Below are positions 23,480 through 38,500 of a DNA stretch of 64,000 nt, one piece after another; position 1 is the stretch's first letter; the number at the start of each line of letters is the position of its first letter. Below the pieces are notes generated by a model. That model was not told the origin of the DNA and ran no database searches. It was given only the letters and a program-made list of their open reading frames with translations. The translations under genes were made by a program, and so were the position numbers. The DNA comes from Tubiluchus corallicola (lineage: Eukaryota; Animalia; Priapulida), in the NCBI GenBank assembly GCA_030141605.1, contig JAQGDQ010000276.1, forward strand, positions 243,270 to 307,269. Reading direction: 5' to 3'.

Positions 23480-25425
23480 GCTTTCCTTTCTTGGAGAAAT
23501 AAACTAAAAAAGCCAGCATGAGCTTTCCTTGTTCCTTTTTTGGAGAAAAACTAAAAAAGCCAACATGAGCTTTCCTTTTTTGGAAAAGAACTAAAGACGC
23601 CAACACGAGCTTTCCTTTTTTGGAAAAAACTAAAAAAATCAACACGAGCTTTCCTTTTTTGGAGAAATAAAATAAAAAAGCCAACACGAGCTTTCCTTTT
23701 TTGGGGAAATCAACTAAAAAAGCCAACACGAGCTTTCCTTTTTTGGAGAAATAAAATAAAAAAAAGCCAACACGAGCTTTCCTTTTTTGGAGAAACACTA
23801 AAAAAGCCAACACAAGCTTTCCTTTTTTGGAGAAATAAAATAAAAAAGCCAAAACAAGCTTTCCTTTTTGGGGGGAAATAAACTAAAAAAAAGCCAGCAC
23901 GAGCTTTCCTTTTTTGGAGTAAAACTAAAAAAGCCAACATGAGCTTTCCTTTTTTTGGAGAAATAAACTAAAGAAGTCAACATGAGCTTTTCTTTTTTGG
24001 AGAAAAACTAAAAAAGCTAACATGAGCTTTTCTTTTTTGGAGAAAAACTAAAAAAGCTAACATGAGCTTTCCTTTTTTGAAGAAAAACTAAAAAAAGCCA
24101 ACACGAGCTTTCCTTGTTCCTTTTTTGGAGAAAACTAAAAAAGCCAACATGAGCTTTCCTTTTTTGGAGAAATAAACTAAAAAAGCCAACATGAGCTTTC
24201 CTTTTTTGGAGAAATAAACTAAAAAAGCCAACACGAGCTTTTTTTGGAGAAACACTAAAAAAGCCAACACTAGCTTTCCTTTTTTGGGGAAATAAACTAA
24301 AAAAGCCAGCACGAGCTTTCCTTTTTTGGAGAAAAACTAAAAAAGCCAACATCAGCTTTCCTTTTTTGGAGAAATAAACAAAAGGAGCCAACATGGCTTT
24401 CCTTTTTTGGAGAAATAAACAAAAAAGCCAACATGAGCTTTCCTTTTTTTATAGAAATAAACTAAAAAAGCCAACACGACCTTTCCTTGTTCCTTTTTTG
24501 GAGAAATAAACTAAAAAAGTCAACATGAGCTTTCCTTTTTTGGAGAAATAAACTAAAAAAGCAAACATGAGCTTTCCTTTTTTGGAGAAATAAACTAAAA
24601 AAGCCAACACGACTTTTCCTTGTTCCTTTTTTTGGAGAAAAACTAAAAAAGCCAACATGAGCTTTCCTTTTTTGGAGAAATAAACTAAAAAAGCCAACAC
24701 GAGCTTTCCTTTTTTGGAGAAACACTAAAAAAGCCAACACAAGCTTTCCTTTTTTGGGAAAATAAACTAAAAAAGCCAACACAAGCCTTCCTTTTTTGGG
24801 AAAATAAACTAAAAAAGCCAGCACGAGCTTTCCTTTTTTGGGGAAATAAACTAAAAAAGCCAGCACGAGCTTTCCTTTTTTGGAGAAAAACTAAAAAAGC
24901 CAACATCAGCTTTCCTTTTTTGGAGAAATAAACAAAAGGAGCCAACATGGCTTTCCTTTTTTGGAGAAATAAACAAAAAAGCCAACATGAGCTTTCCTTT
25001 TTTTTATAGAAATAAACTAAAAAAGCCAACACGACCTTTCCTTGTTCCTTTTTTGGAGAAATAAACTAAAAAAGTCAACATGAGCTTTCCTTTTTTGGAG
25101 AAATAAACTAAAAAAGCAAACATGAGCTTTCCTTTTTTGGAGAAATAAACTAAAATAGCCAACATGACTTTTCCTTGTTCCGTTTTTGGAGAAAAACTAA
25201 AAAAGCCAACATGAGCTTTCCTTTTTTGGAGAAATAAACTAAAAAAGCCAACACGAGCTTTCCTTTTTTGGAGAAACACTAAAAAAGCCAACACAAGCTT
25301 TCCTTTTTTGGGAAAATAAACTAAAAAAGCCAACACAAGCCTTCCTTTTTTGGGAAAATAAACTAAAAAAGCCAGCACGAGCTTTCCTTTTTTGGAGAAA
25401 TAAAACTAAAAAAGCCAACATGAGC
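23480..25425. repeat. ~38-40-bp minisatellite (~50 units) with a ~554-bp higher-order duplication
   Basis: Unit ~ CTTTCCTTTTTTGGAGAAATAAACTAAAAAAGCCAACATGAG. The diagnostic variant CATCAGC...AAAGGAGCC recurs at 24351 and 24905. Confidence 0.96.
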
Positions 25426-26538
25426 ATTTAATGAGTAACAGCAAAACTGCAAAACAGGAAATAATTATACGCAAAGTCTGTATTGCTTTTTTTTACATTT
25501 ATTTACTGAACAAACTCATTTGCATGTGATCATATGCAGTATATGCAAGCGATCCAACTCTGTGGCCACAACCCTTTCAATTTCCTATACATATAGAGTT
25601 ATGCTTGGCAAAACAGATTGGATACTTATACATTAATATTCCTAGTATACATAGGTACAAATTTTTCTTTTATCACATTTTACATTTTTATAAAACTTTT
25701 TATTTACGTTACACCTACAGTTAATGCTCATTCGACACAATATGCAACCACTTGTGATAAGAAACAGTAAGATGTTTTTGGCTAACAAGATAATTACATG
25801 TGTGCTGTACATAATGAAGGCAATATTATACCATCACCCATAAGACAAAGAGTGATATATATTAATAAACAGCTTCATAATCACCCAGTTACATAATCAA
25901 ATTATGTAATATTAATCAAACTGCCGTTCTCAAAAATAGTAGTAATGACAATATTGTTTGTTTGGACAAATCAAGACGCCTGTAGCTATAGTACACACAT
26001 ACATACCAATCAATAAAGCTTTGTTCAAAATTAGAAACAAAAGTACCTTGTGGTTTCAAACAGACAATAAATACTGTACACAAACAAGATCATAACTTGA
26101 GCATATTTTTTTAAATATTATTCGTGTTTTCAAAAACGAGCATCTCTTTTTCTTCACTTTTTATAATCATAATTGTAAGCAAAAGCAACTTCGTACCCTA
26201 AATAATCATAGAAACAAGCTATGCAAAAATAAAAATTAATACCGTGTATTAGTATACAATGGCGCAAAACTTAACTTTACAGTAGAAAAATGTCACGTGA
26301 ATCTGCAACTTCGCACTTGCTCAATTGATAACATCCATATTGATACTAACATCCAAACCCAAACTTAAATCTTTAATTCTGATCATAAATGCTTGATTAG
26401 CTTACGTGTGGAAATAAGTTCATCTTGTGATAACATTACAAGGAAGCGGCTTTGCTCAGTAAAATACAAAAAAAAGTCTGCTGACCAAAATTGTCAGAAA
26501 AATATTTGGATGAGAATTTACTTTCCTAAATCGCCAGT

Positions 26539-29500
26539 CTACTCCGGGGGTGGCGGAGGTGGTTGATGACCACTATCGGGCGGGAGAGGCGGAGGCGCAC
26601 TTTGCTGCGGTTGCAAGTACCCGGGTGGTGGAACTACCGGGTACTGATATCCCATGTAAGCATTTGGATAACCCTGATAAGCCGAATGTGGGACGTAGGC
26701 TAGAGGGGTGTACCCGTAGGCAGCAGCTGCTTGCTGAGGAAACATGTACGCAGTCTGATGAGACGGTGGAGCGACTGGAACCTGTACGGGTTGCTGCTCC
26801 TTAAAACTGGCGTTCGATTTCTCTTGATACGTAGCACCACTCCTAGCAGACAAATTCATCTCGGAATCCTGTTTTCTCGAGTTATGACTATTAGAGTGCT
26901 TTCGTTCGTGATGATGGTCGTTTCCACGGTGATGGTGACGATCATGATGACGTTCCCTCGAATGTTTCTTCTTATGTTTCTTGTGTTCTGATTTTTGGTC
27001 TCTAGAATCGCGCTCCGGTTTAGGAAGTTTAATTTTAATCTTAAGTCCAGCTGCCTTGAGGTCTTCGTTGGGCAATGAGATGCCGTCTCCATTAGATGCT
27101 GCCAATCTGTGAGATGACGTGGATGACGTGGATGCTTTCATCCGATCGGCAGGCTGAGACTTGGATTTCGATGTATCCGAAGAAAGCCTCGACAACGACA
27201 CTACCGGGATTTTCATCTTCGGAGAGCCGACCCTGATTTTGTCACCGTGACCGTGAGGACTAGCATTTAAAGTAGGACAAGTCTCTGATCTGGGAAGTTT
27301 GGCATTGGGAACTCCGAGATCCGGACGACTGGCAACTCGTTTCAAATGATGTGCCTGTCCAGACTTCGGATCATGATGTCCTCCTACTGCAGAGAGGTGC
27401 TGTCGACTCCTCTGGGGTTCCGTACGATGTTGCTGTTCTAACGTTCTGTGGTGCCGATGGTCGACCTTCACTTCTTGTTTCACGTTTGACGAACTACTCT
27501 GCCGTTCTGTTAAATCTTCGTTGAATTGTTTACTCGTGTGGCCGTGGATTACAACGGGAATTCCACTAGTGGTTTTATCACAGCTTATATTGGAGTGTTG
27601 TGAAGGATAGCTTTCGATCTCGGCTGACTGAAAATGGGCAGCACTAACGTTCAGATTGTTAACCTCCTCTTGTTTCATCTTCTTCCTAACATCCTCCTGC
27701 TTCAGCCTCTTGCTAATAATCTCGTCTTGCTTTAATTTCTTACTAATTTCTTCTTCCTTCAGCTTCCTCGTAACTTCTTGTTTTAATTTCTTGCCATCAG
27801 AAGAAACGTCTTGCGGCTTTGAAGACAACCGTTGCGTGTTCACCGTGTGCTGCTTCACCACATTCTGCAGCCGATGAAGTTTCTCCCTAAGTTGTTGCTG
27901 CTCTCGCGTTTGCTGCTCTTTTTGCTCTTTCAATTTCCTCTCTTTGTAATCCTCGGGTTTTAATTTGCTTCTTCCGGACATTGTACTGACCGTTTGAGGT
28001 GCCGATGATTGTGCAGCTTGAGTAAGAGAAGTAACGGTTGATGCCGATACAGACGATGGCGTCACGTGAACGGAGGGTGGTGCGGAGGCAGCAGGTATGT
28101 GAATAATATTTCCACCCAGCGGAGATGACATGATGGTTTCTTCATTAAGATCGTCAAAGATGTTACGCTTTGCATCGGAGGCTGCCACATCTTTTTGAAG
28201 TAACGATGATTTCTCTGCACTTGCTGCCGACGCTATCAGACTTGATATATTTGGTTGGTTTTGATTGCTAACTGGTGGGTTAAACTGAGGCCCTGTTGAA
28301 TCTGATTTTGTTGGTTGCTTATAATCCAGCTTGGCATCACTCTGAAATTACAAGTATCAATTCAAGTCAAACATAAATACAGATCTGCATCTTGTCATTC
28401 AGTCTGACTTGTTCATAACAGGTAATAATTTAGTGTTGTGATCTAACTAAACTTCACATTTATAACAAATTTTAAACGAATGTCGAAAGCCATTTCTGTT
28501 GAAATACATTAAGCACTGCGGACAAGAGAGACAGAAGAACATTTGTGACCCTCCAGGAGCATCACACCGTGCCAAAGAACGGAATATTAACTCTAACAAT
28601 AACACATAATAACTCTAACAACAATAACAACAATAACAATAACAACAACAACAGCTTTACCAGTCCTCCTCAATCTTACTGCTTAAGTTGCAACTCAACA
28701 CATAACTGATAAATCTTTGCAAAAAAACTAAAGCCAAGAACGTATAATCTAGTCAACTCGTATCTCAGGGGATCGAAAAAAATTGCTCCGTTTTAGTGAA
28801 ATGTGGGTCGTGTCATTCTTAATACATACTCTATTAGCATCTATTATATAATGCAAGTTAGCAGCATATGATAGCCACTGGGCATGTGGCAGGTCACTAG
28901 TGCACTGTGCAGTGTATATATTGATTGGTCAAACAGTGAGTTCTATGCATTCTTGATCATCAACTTTCTGCATTGTTAACAGCATTACATTAGTTGACTC
29001 AGGTTTTTAAGGGCCCGTTCAGACTAGCAAGTTTTCTTGCCAGGTAACTCGCAAAGCAGTGTTCAGACTAGAGAATAAAACTTCTTACAAGCTACTCTCC
29101 GACAGTAAGCACGAGTTCACACTTAGTTCTCCATCCACTGCAAGTGTTGAGAGTAACTCTCTGAGACGTTCACACTAGACAGCAAGCACGAGTTCACACC
29201 CAGTTCTCCATTCACTGCAAGAAGTGTTGAGAGTAACTCGCTAAGGCGTTCACACTAGACAGCAAGCACGAGTTCACACTCAGTTCTCCATTCACTGCAA
29301 GAAGTGTTGAGAGTAACTCGCTAAGGCGTTCACACTAGACAGTAAGCACGAGTTCACACTCAGTTCTCCATTCACTGCAATTACTCAAACTAAATGTCAC
29401 TTCAGAATGAATCTTGGCCCAGAAAATGTGTAAAAATTACGAGACGTTTATGAACTAGAAAACAAATTTTTGATGTTTGATCTGCTTAAGTGACCTGATG

Positions 29501-32500
29501 ACAAAAAACAGATCCGAGATCGAGACTTCAGAATTATGTGCAGCACAAACCTTATATTTCATTATTTTGCTTTTCAGCCGACTGGGAGTTTTTTCCAAAA
29601 TGGCTAGAAAATCTTTAGTGATGCCTGAAAAAAAGAAAATTAAAACTATTTAGCTACAATTTGCAAGCAAATGATGAATATCAATTAAGAAACATGTCAG
29701 TCTGGGCTGATAACTATGATAACTAACCAGAGGCAGGACATATTCACCTAGAATGCCCCGCAAAGGCAGGACGTGTTCACTTAGAATGCCGCAAGGGCAG
29801 GACATATTCACCTAGAATGCCCCGCAAAGGCAGGACATATTCACTTAGAATGCCGCAAGGGCAGGACATATTCACCTAGAATGCCCAGCAAAGGCAGGAC
29901 GTATTCACTTAGAATGCCCCGCAAGGGCAGGACATATTCACCTAGAATGCCCAGCAAAGGCAGGACGTATTCACTTAGAATGCCCCGCAAGGGCAGGACA
30001 TATTCACTTAGAATGCCCCGCAAAGGCAGGACATATTCACCTAGAATGCCCCGCAAGGGCAGGACATATTCACCTAGAATGCCCAGCAAAGGCAGGACGT
30101 ATTCACTTAGAATGCCCCGCAAGGGCAGGACATATTCACCTAGAATGCCCAGCAAAGGCAGGACGTATTCACTTAGAATGCCCCGCAAGGGCAGGACATA
30201 TTCACCTAGAATGCCCAGCAAAGGCAGGACGTATTCACTTAGAATGCCCCGCAAGGGCAGGACATATTCACCTAGAATGCCCAGCAAAGGCAGGACGTAT
30301 TCACTTAGAATGCCCCGCAAGGGCAGGACATATTCACCTAGAATGCCCCGCAAAGGCAGGACCTATTCACCTAGAATGCCCCGCAAAGGCAGGACCTATT
30401 CACCTAGAATGCCCCGCAAAGGCAGGACCTATTCACCTAGAATGCCCCGCAAAGGCAGGACGTATTCACTTAGAATGCCCCGCAAAGGCAGGACGTATTC
30501 ACTTAGAATGCCCCGCAAAGGCGGGACGTATTCACTTAGAATGAACCGCAAAGGCAGGACGTATTCACTTAGCATGCCCCGCAAAGGCAGGACCTATTCA
30601 CCTAGAATACCCCGAAAAGGCAGGACCTATTCACCTAGAATGCCCCGCAAAGGCAGGACGTATTCACTTAGAATGCCCCGCAAAGGCAGGACGTATTCAC
30701 TTAGAATGCCCAGCAAAGGCAGGACGTATTCACTTAGAATACCCCGAAAAGGCAGGACCTATTCACCTAGAATGCCCCGCAAAGGCAAGACGTATTCACT
30801 TAGAATGCCCCGCAAAGGCAGGACGTATTCACTTAGAATGCCCCGCAAAGGCAGGACGTATTCACCTAGAATGCCCCGCAAAGGCAGGACGTATTCACTT
30901 AGAATGCCCCGCAAAGGCAGGACGTATTCACTTAGAATGCCCAGCAAAGGCAGGACGTATTCACCTAGAATGCCCCGCAAAGGCAGGACCTATTCACCTA
31001 GAATACCCCGAAAAGGCAGGACCTATTCACCTAGAATGCCCCGCAAAGGCAGGACGTATTCACTTAGAATGCCCCGCAAAGGCAGGACGTATTCACTTAG
31101 AATGCCCAGCAAAGGCAGGACGTATTCACTTAGAATACCCCGAAAAGGCAAGACCTATTCACCTAGAATGCCCCGCAAAGGCAGGACGTATTCACTTAGA
31201 ATGCCCCGCAAAGGCAGGACGTATTCACTTAGAATGCCCCGCAAAGGCAGGACGTATTCACCTAGAATGCCCCGCAAAGGCAGGACGTATTCACTTAGAA
31301 TGCCCCACAAAGGCAGGACGTATTCACTTAGAAAGCCCCGCAAAGGCAGGACGTATTCACCTAGGATGCCCCGAAAAGGCAGAACCTATTCACCTAGATT
31401 ACCCCGCAAAGGCAGAACCTATTCACCAAGAATACCCTGCAAAGGAACCACTTATTCACCTCTCTGCCTTATTATACAGAATTAACATTGATAATGAGTT
31501 AAGTTCTGGTCTTGCCACCAACATCCACACTGATTAGAACCGGCGAATGGATTCCAACTTCGAGTTTGCGTCTATACAATAGCATAGAAGGCAGACGTAA
31601 ATATGCAATAAGTATATACACCAGATTTTCGACAGCTACAATCTTAAACCCCGTCTTAAGCAAAAAAACTCTGTTCTTGGTTTCAAAAGACTGAAGAGAT
31701 GAATTCAGAAGATGCGAGGAGGTGACATGTTGCTTTATCAATACGCAGCAGGAAAGGGAAACACAAACCAAGTACTACAGCATCTTCCACACACTTTACG
31801 AGAAATCAGATGAGCTATTTTATCAATGTTGAAGAAAGGCATAACAGAATTTCAGAAATTCATTAAAAAAACAGAAATGTTAAACAATTTTCAGTTTTCT
31901 GCCGCACACAACCGGTGGAGACATTAAAGCGATATTAATAAAAAGTAAATGAAATATTACTCCACCATCATGCCACGCAAATTATGTTTAGTGCATTTCC
32001 CGCATACATTGAGTTTTCTTATTGCATACTGAATTACCAAACTTGAAGCCACTGAAGTCTTCTTATATCTAATAATGAGCCACTACATCATTTGAACTAC
32101 TTTAAACATTTGTACAAGATTGTTTGATGGATGACAGGCAGTGATCTGTTTGAGGATTTAGTTCCTTGCTGTCATCCATGGCTCACAGTCGTAGGCACAA
32201 CCTTCGTATTGATTATAGCTATATAATTTTACTGTTTACTTTTGTATTTATTTCTTGTGCCTAATAAATAACAAATACTAAATAAATAAAATTAACCTAG
32301 CCACTGGGGGGGGGGGTAAGTCAGCTTAACTCTGGATAAATAGGGAGTGTTAGGGTCAGGAAGGGCATCCGCCTGTAAAAACTGCGCCAAAACCTTCTAT
32401 GAATGAGTCGGTGAGACTTAAAGGTAAATTCCACAAAGGAGTGGTCAGACCCGCTCTAATCTATGGGCTGGAAGCAGCTTCTCTAAAGAAGACCGATGAG

Positions 32501-35500
32501 AAGAAAATGGGTGTGGTGGAGATGAGGATGTTGAGATGGATGGTGGGAATAACAAGAAGAGATAAAATTAGAAATAATAATATCAGAGGAACAGTAAAAG
32601 TAGTGGAAGCCTCGCAAGATTGCGATGGTATGGACACCTAAAAAGAAGAGTCGGTGAAGATCATGTGCGAAGGGAAGACATAAATGAAGAGATGGTCAAC
32701 AACAGGAATGCGTGGAGAAGACTCATTCACAACGGCGACTCCGAATAGGGAAAAGCTGGGAAGAAGAAGACTAAATAAATAAGATTACTGGTTGCGTCAC
32801 TTTTGAAAAACTTGCTAAAATAAAAAATTCTTAACGATAAACATAGCTATGAAATCTACAGTACGATGAACAATGTTTTACTCACTTTCGAGTTGTTCAA
32901 GCGTGACTGTGTTGTTGATGTACCACCACCATTGTTTCCCCTCAGAACTGAGAGGAATCTGAAATGTACACTGGACCATGAGACATACATGGTGACACAG
33001 CTCTATGCTACATGACACTGAGCACTACTGTCTAAGGTGTAACTACACTTGATGCAAAGATAAACCCATCTTACATTTGTACGTGAAAAAGCATCGCATA
33101 TTTCAAAAATGAGTGTAAGTATTGCAAAGCAATAAACAAAATATGCAAGAAAAATTGGTATTTCTTTATTTGCGTGCTTGCATAAGAAAATTGTCCATAA
33201 GTTGGCAATTAAGCTTTTCTAGTTATTCACGTATCCTGAATCTCCATTTCATAAGGATCATTTTGATACCAAGTTCATCATTCTATGTTATTTCTAAGCT
33301 GAGATAATCCATGTTGAAGTTGAGGCGCAGGCTGCGCATTAAAAAACATAATCTTGAGAAAATCGCTGTCAAAGTCAGCTATTGTTTTTTGTCGTGTTTC
33401 TACAAAACACTTAACAACCGCACAAATGTTGGTTGCTATCGACTATGCAAGAACACATTGATGTTATTTTTAAATCCAGTAGATGGCTCTTCCTGACGAA
33501 GATCTCGGCTTGGCAAGAGAAAAAACCCGAAGCAAGATTACTGCTTCCTCAAGTAACTATCAGAGTTTAAAAATACGAATTTTTGACAATTGTAGTACTA
33601 ATTTCTAGCCAAAGAAGTGGCTACGGGGTTATAAAATTAGAATTTTAGTATTTTTTGAACATCTTCTTGATAACTTGATGCTAGAATACAGAAGTCCAAT
33701 ATATTTAGCATTTATTTTTATAAAAAACAAAAATTGGCATTTGTCCCAATTTTTCATGCCTTCTACTTTGAAGTCTCATAACTTTGTTTTAACTATTCCG
33801 ACTTGTGGACGGTTTTGATTTGCAAGCACACATTTAATCATTATACGGGTTATGCAGCACGTGACCAATGACTATTCAACTGAGACTTGTGCGTATATCA
33901 TGAGTACATGTTGCTTTTGAATGACGCAAGTTATACTTTGTCATTTTCAACATTTGTACACAGAAGAAATTGAAAAGTTTCAGTTGTGTTACGGTGTAGT
34001 ATACACTGTTTAGGCATTAGAATAGGCATCAGGAATAAAGTCAATATATGACGTTTTTAGACTGCACTGCATAACAGAAACAAGTGAATTAGTTTAACCC
34101 GCTTCACAAATTCCATACACTGCAAATCGGCTAGTTCACTAAAAAACGAATTTCCGAAAAAAAATCTTCAAAAGGGGGCATTACACTTTCCACGAGTGTG
34201 ATGGTATTGGTAACACAATTAACAAAAACCACAATGTTGAATTGATCTTGCATTAGCCAGTTACACCTCAGACAGCAATGGCCGTTCTACTATAAGCCGT
34301 ATTAACTGCGGCAGTAGAACTATAGGTGAGTAATAGACTATGACAAGCCTCAACAACACTGGAGCATCTAATCAACCAAACCTCCTAGAAAAATGGCGAA
34401 AATACAAAAACCATGTTAAACAAATGAGGAAGAAACGAGAAACATGACAGTTTTGGCAACAAGCCAACGTAACACGCATTATAAACATCACATTATAAGC
34501 ACATAACACGCATTATAAATATCGGTACAGTTTCAATTAATCTAAAGCAGGTAAAACTGATAATATAAAGTGTTTAAACCACATTACAGCAAACGATATT
34601 ACAGTTAAACCTCGTTATAATAACGCCCTTTATAATGGCAACCCTGCTTAACGCCCATATTTTTGACAAAACAAAATGTCCATATTTGCACAGACATGTA
34701 TGCACCTCGCTATAATACCAACCCTGCTTAACACCCATATTTCTGGCAAAACAAAATGTCTATTTTTGCATAGACATGTATGCACCTCATTATAATACCA
34801 AACTTGCTTAACACCCATATTTTTGGCAAAACAAAGTGTCCATATTTGCATAGACACGTATGCACCTCGTTATAATACCAACCTTGCTTAACACCCTTAT
34901 TTTTGGCAAAACAAAGTGTCTATATTTGCATAGACATGTATACACCTCGTTATAATACCAACCTTGCTTAACACCCATATTTTTGGCAAAACAAAGTGTC
35001 TATATTTGCATAGACACGTATACACCTCGTTATAATACCAACCTTGCTTAACACCCATATTTTTGGCAAAACAAAGTGTCTATATTTGCATAGACATGTA
35101 TACACCTCGTTATAATACCAACCTTGTTTAACACCCATATTTTTGGCAAAACAAAGTGTCTATATTTGCACAGACATGTATACACCTCATTATAATACGA
35201 CTCTTGCTTCAGGCCAAGTTTTTTACAGTCCCACAGCAGGTGGTATAAAGAGGTTCTCATTGTATAAACTAAATTCTAACTAACATCAACTGAATACAGT
35301 CAAAAGATTTTAAGATATTATAACATTTTCTTAAGCTAATCTTAAACTTTAAAAAATTGTTTCTAGTAGCTACGTCCCTCATGTAATGTGTTTATGAGTA
35401 GAAGTTTTACCTGAATAATCACTTTAAAATTTCACAAACAGTGTTTAGTCGGTCAGTTAACTTAAATTTACATTTTGAAGGCACAAAGGCAAAGTTATCT

Positions 35501-38500
35501 ATTGATCATAAAAGTTACACAGATGAACATAGAAACAATAAAGCCTCAATATCTATATAGTTTTGTTAAACTGCTGCTGCTATGTGCCATGGTATCAACC
35601 TGTGTCATTTTGCTCTACAATCATGTCTCGGTTTGCCAGACAAAAGCGGGGAGAAGACAGTCAGATATTGCAAATTATTGTTATTTACCAACACTAAGCT
35701 AACACAGTAGGTGCTGCCGCGTATTAGACTCATGATAAAAAAAGTTTAGCGTTTCAAAAGGTATAGTACTCCTGCTCCTGACATACAAGCTGCACACGTG
35801 TCGTTACACCCTGCTTGGTTGTACTGATGTAACGATGTAAACAAGGTGATGGCCCGCCACCTAGCGGTCAGCTCACGAGACAACAGACTGTGCCCGTAGT
35901 ATGCAAAGCTTTTAACGGTCCAGATTTCGTCCGGTTTTCCCGATAACCGTAAAAGCGAGGTCCGTCAAACCAAGATACGAGTGTAATTCTTTTAAATTAA
36001 CCTCTTAATTTGCCTAAAACATTTTCTTTTATTGTATGCTCGTTAAACTATTTTAGACCAACATTTGTAGTTTCATGACATGGCTTTTTCTACTACCACA
36101 CCTAATGCAATAAATTTCTGCATAATAAATACGTATTAGCCATGAATAATTACCTCCCACTTTGCCCACTTGCAAGCCAAATGTATGCACACACAGGCAA
36201 CCAATTTTGGGTTATACTGCAAGCAAAATGTTGTCAGATGCAAGCTGAAATGCAAACAATGTGTTTTAATAGCGCAAACTTGAAAATTCACATTTGTCAT
36301 CAGAAAAACAAAGAAGCACGAAATTGAACATTTTAATAGCCACGTCAACGTTTTCTAGTTTAGATATATGATTGTAAAAATACTAACGAATGATAAATAC
36401 GTGTAAATTTATACTAGATGTAGTTTACTTCTCTTCTACAGTTCAGTGCAGGGATGAGAATGACAAATTGCAAAAAACTCTGAAACACGCCGGGGGTTTG
36501 GGGGCCGCGTAGGCCACAGAGAACCTCTAAGTGGACTTAAAATATCAGCTACCTTGTTTTCATGCATAATTTAAAATATCCTTCTATCAAGGATACATGA
36601 TACTTAATTGTCTCAAAAACGTCTAAGTACTGGCCTCTCTTATGTAAAAGTATATAAAAACTGTCTGCAATTGACTCAAATAACTCCGCACAATTGATTC
36701 TATATTTTTATACATAGAGATCTACACGTGGTTACACTGATGTATGTGATGTAAACAAAGTAACGGCCTACCAACTAGCGGTCAGCTTGTGAAATAATGT
36801 ACTGGGTCCGTAAAAATTTTCTCAACGAATTTACGCGATTTACAAAAATGGCACTACTGGTCTACCAAAAACTCGGAATTCCGGGTATCCGCGGGAAATT
36901 CTCATCCCTGAACTATGCTCACTCATACAAGATCCTTTGCTCTAATTACTGTATTCAAGAAACAAATTCGTTTGTTTATCCAAAAGTCACACGATGGAAA
37001 TGAGTAGGAAGATCGACCAAATGACCAAACATCTGATCCTCCTACGGAAAGAATTTATACCTCATAACTAAACTGGATTACGGAGCTCAGAAACCCTAAT
37101 TTCCTATATTCCCTACGGGGAGTTTAATTCCCTGTAACTGAAAAAGTGACCCGTTTTATATCCCTACTACGGAAGGAATTTATGCTTAGTACCTAAACTA
37201 GATTATGGCCAAATTCCCTATAGGGAGTTTAATTTTCCCTATAACTGAAAAACGTGAGCCATTTCATGTTTTAGTACCAGATGGTTTGAATGGAGCAATT
37301 AATAAAGTCTATTAACACAAGTAATTACCTGTTAGTGGCCATAAAATAAGACGTCTGTGCCAAATCCTTTGTTGCTAAATAAAAAAACGTAAATCAAATC
37401 AAACATTTGTAAAACTATATGAATCTTTTCATATGCGCAAACTTTATAATAAAAATGAGCAAATTTTACTAACTGTTCTCAAATAAAGGTTACCTCTAAC
37501 AAGCTGACAGCAGTTGACAACATGTCGATGAGGATGGACAATGTCTATATCAAAACCTGTAAAGCATGAAATGAATATTGGAACATTATATACGCTGTAC
37601 TTATTTGTGTTGATGGAGAATTTTATTAAAGGGACAGCACAAATGCACAATAAGCAAAAATTTTAGTAAAAATGATTTTTTATTTAATTTGATTTAATAT
37701 TTTATTTCAAACTTTACAAAGTTCATATACACATCACAAATTAATAGGACTAATACAATGAATTATGACACACAACAATAACACAAATAACAATTACTTC
37801 TGTAATTAGACGTCATTGGCGTAGTTTGTTATATCGTTAAAGTTTACATCACTGTTTAAAATGTTCTTGCATATAAAATTCTCACTCTTATTCAGGCTGA
37901 CGTATAAACTGTATGCACATTTTCTGTGAATCACATCAAAACAAATAATATTACGTCTAGTAGAAATATAGCTGGCGCTCGTATCATATGAAAAGTTAAA
38001 CAGCTTCCGTGTTGATACATTATATGCAACCTTGAGTTTGCTAAGATTGTAAGAATAAAAATGTCTCCAAGTGGACATAGAATAAAAAGTAGTGCAGTAA
38101 GCATTAAACAATTGTCTCTTCACGTTAAATGACACTAAAATATTTTATTTCACTATATAAGACAAACTGTCCACTTTTAAAGATGCAATGCTCATGTAGC
38201 CATGTAACGCAATGGCAATATGTTGTCTTGGTAACCATGAGTTACTATGAATGTGATATTATATATTTAATGTCTGGTGATGAAATACAGGAAAGGTAAA
38301 TACTTGGATAGCTTGTTAGACACAAAATTTAACACAAGAGAATTCTAGCTATTCATGCTTATCTAAATCATTCAAAAACAAAATCATTTCAAACCAGACT
38401 TCAAACTGTCTCTTCTTTAATAGTTACCAAGTGTTATTTTCACGGCACATTAAGCTATGATTAAGTTAAGAATCACCTAAAATACAGTATTCTGTTATTG

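Noticed and set aside
23415-25427. Many KKGKLVLAFLV ORFs and a CRISPR-like look
   Set aside because: The monomers are contiguous with no unique spacers and frames shift constantly. The context is eukaryotic, with no cas genes.
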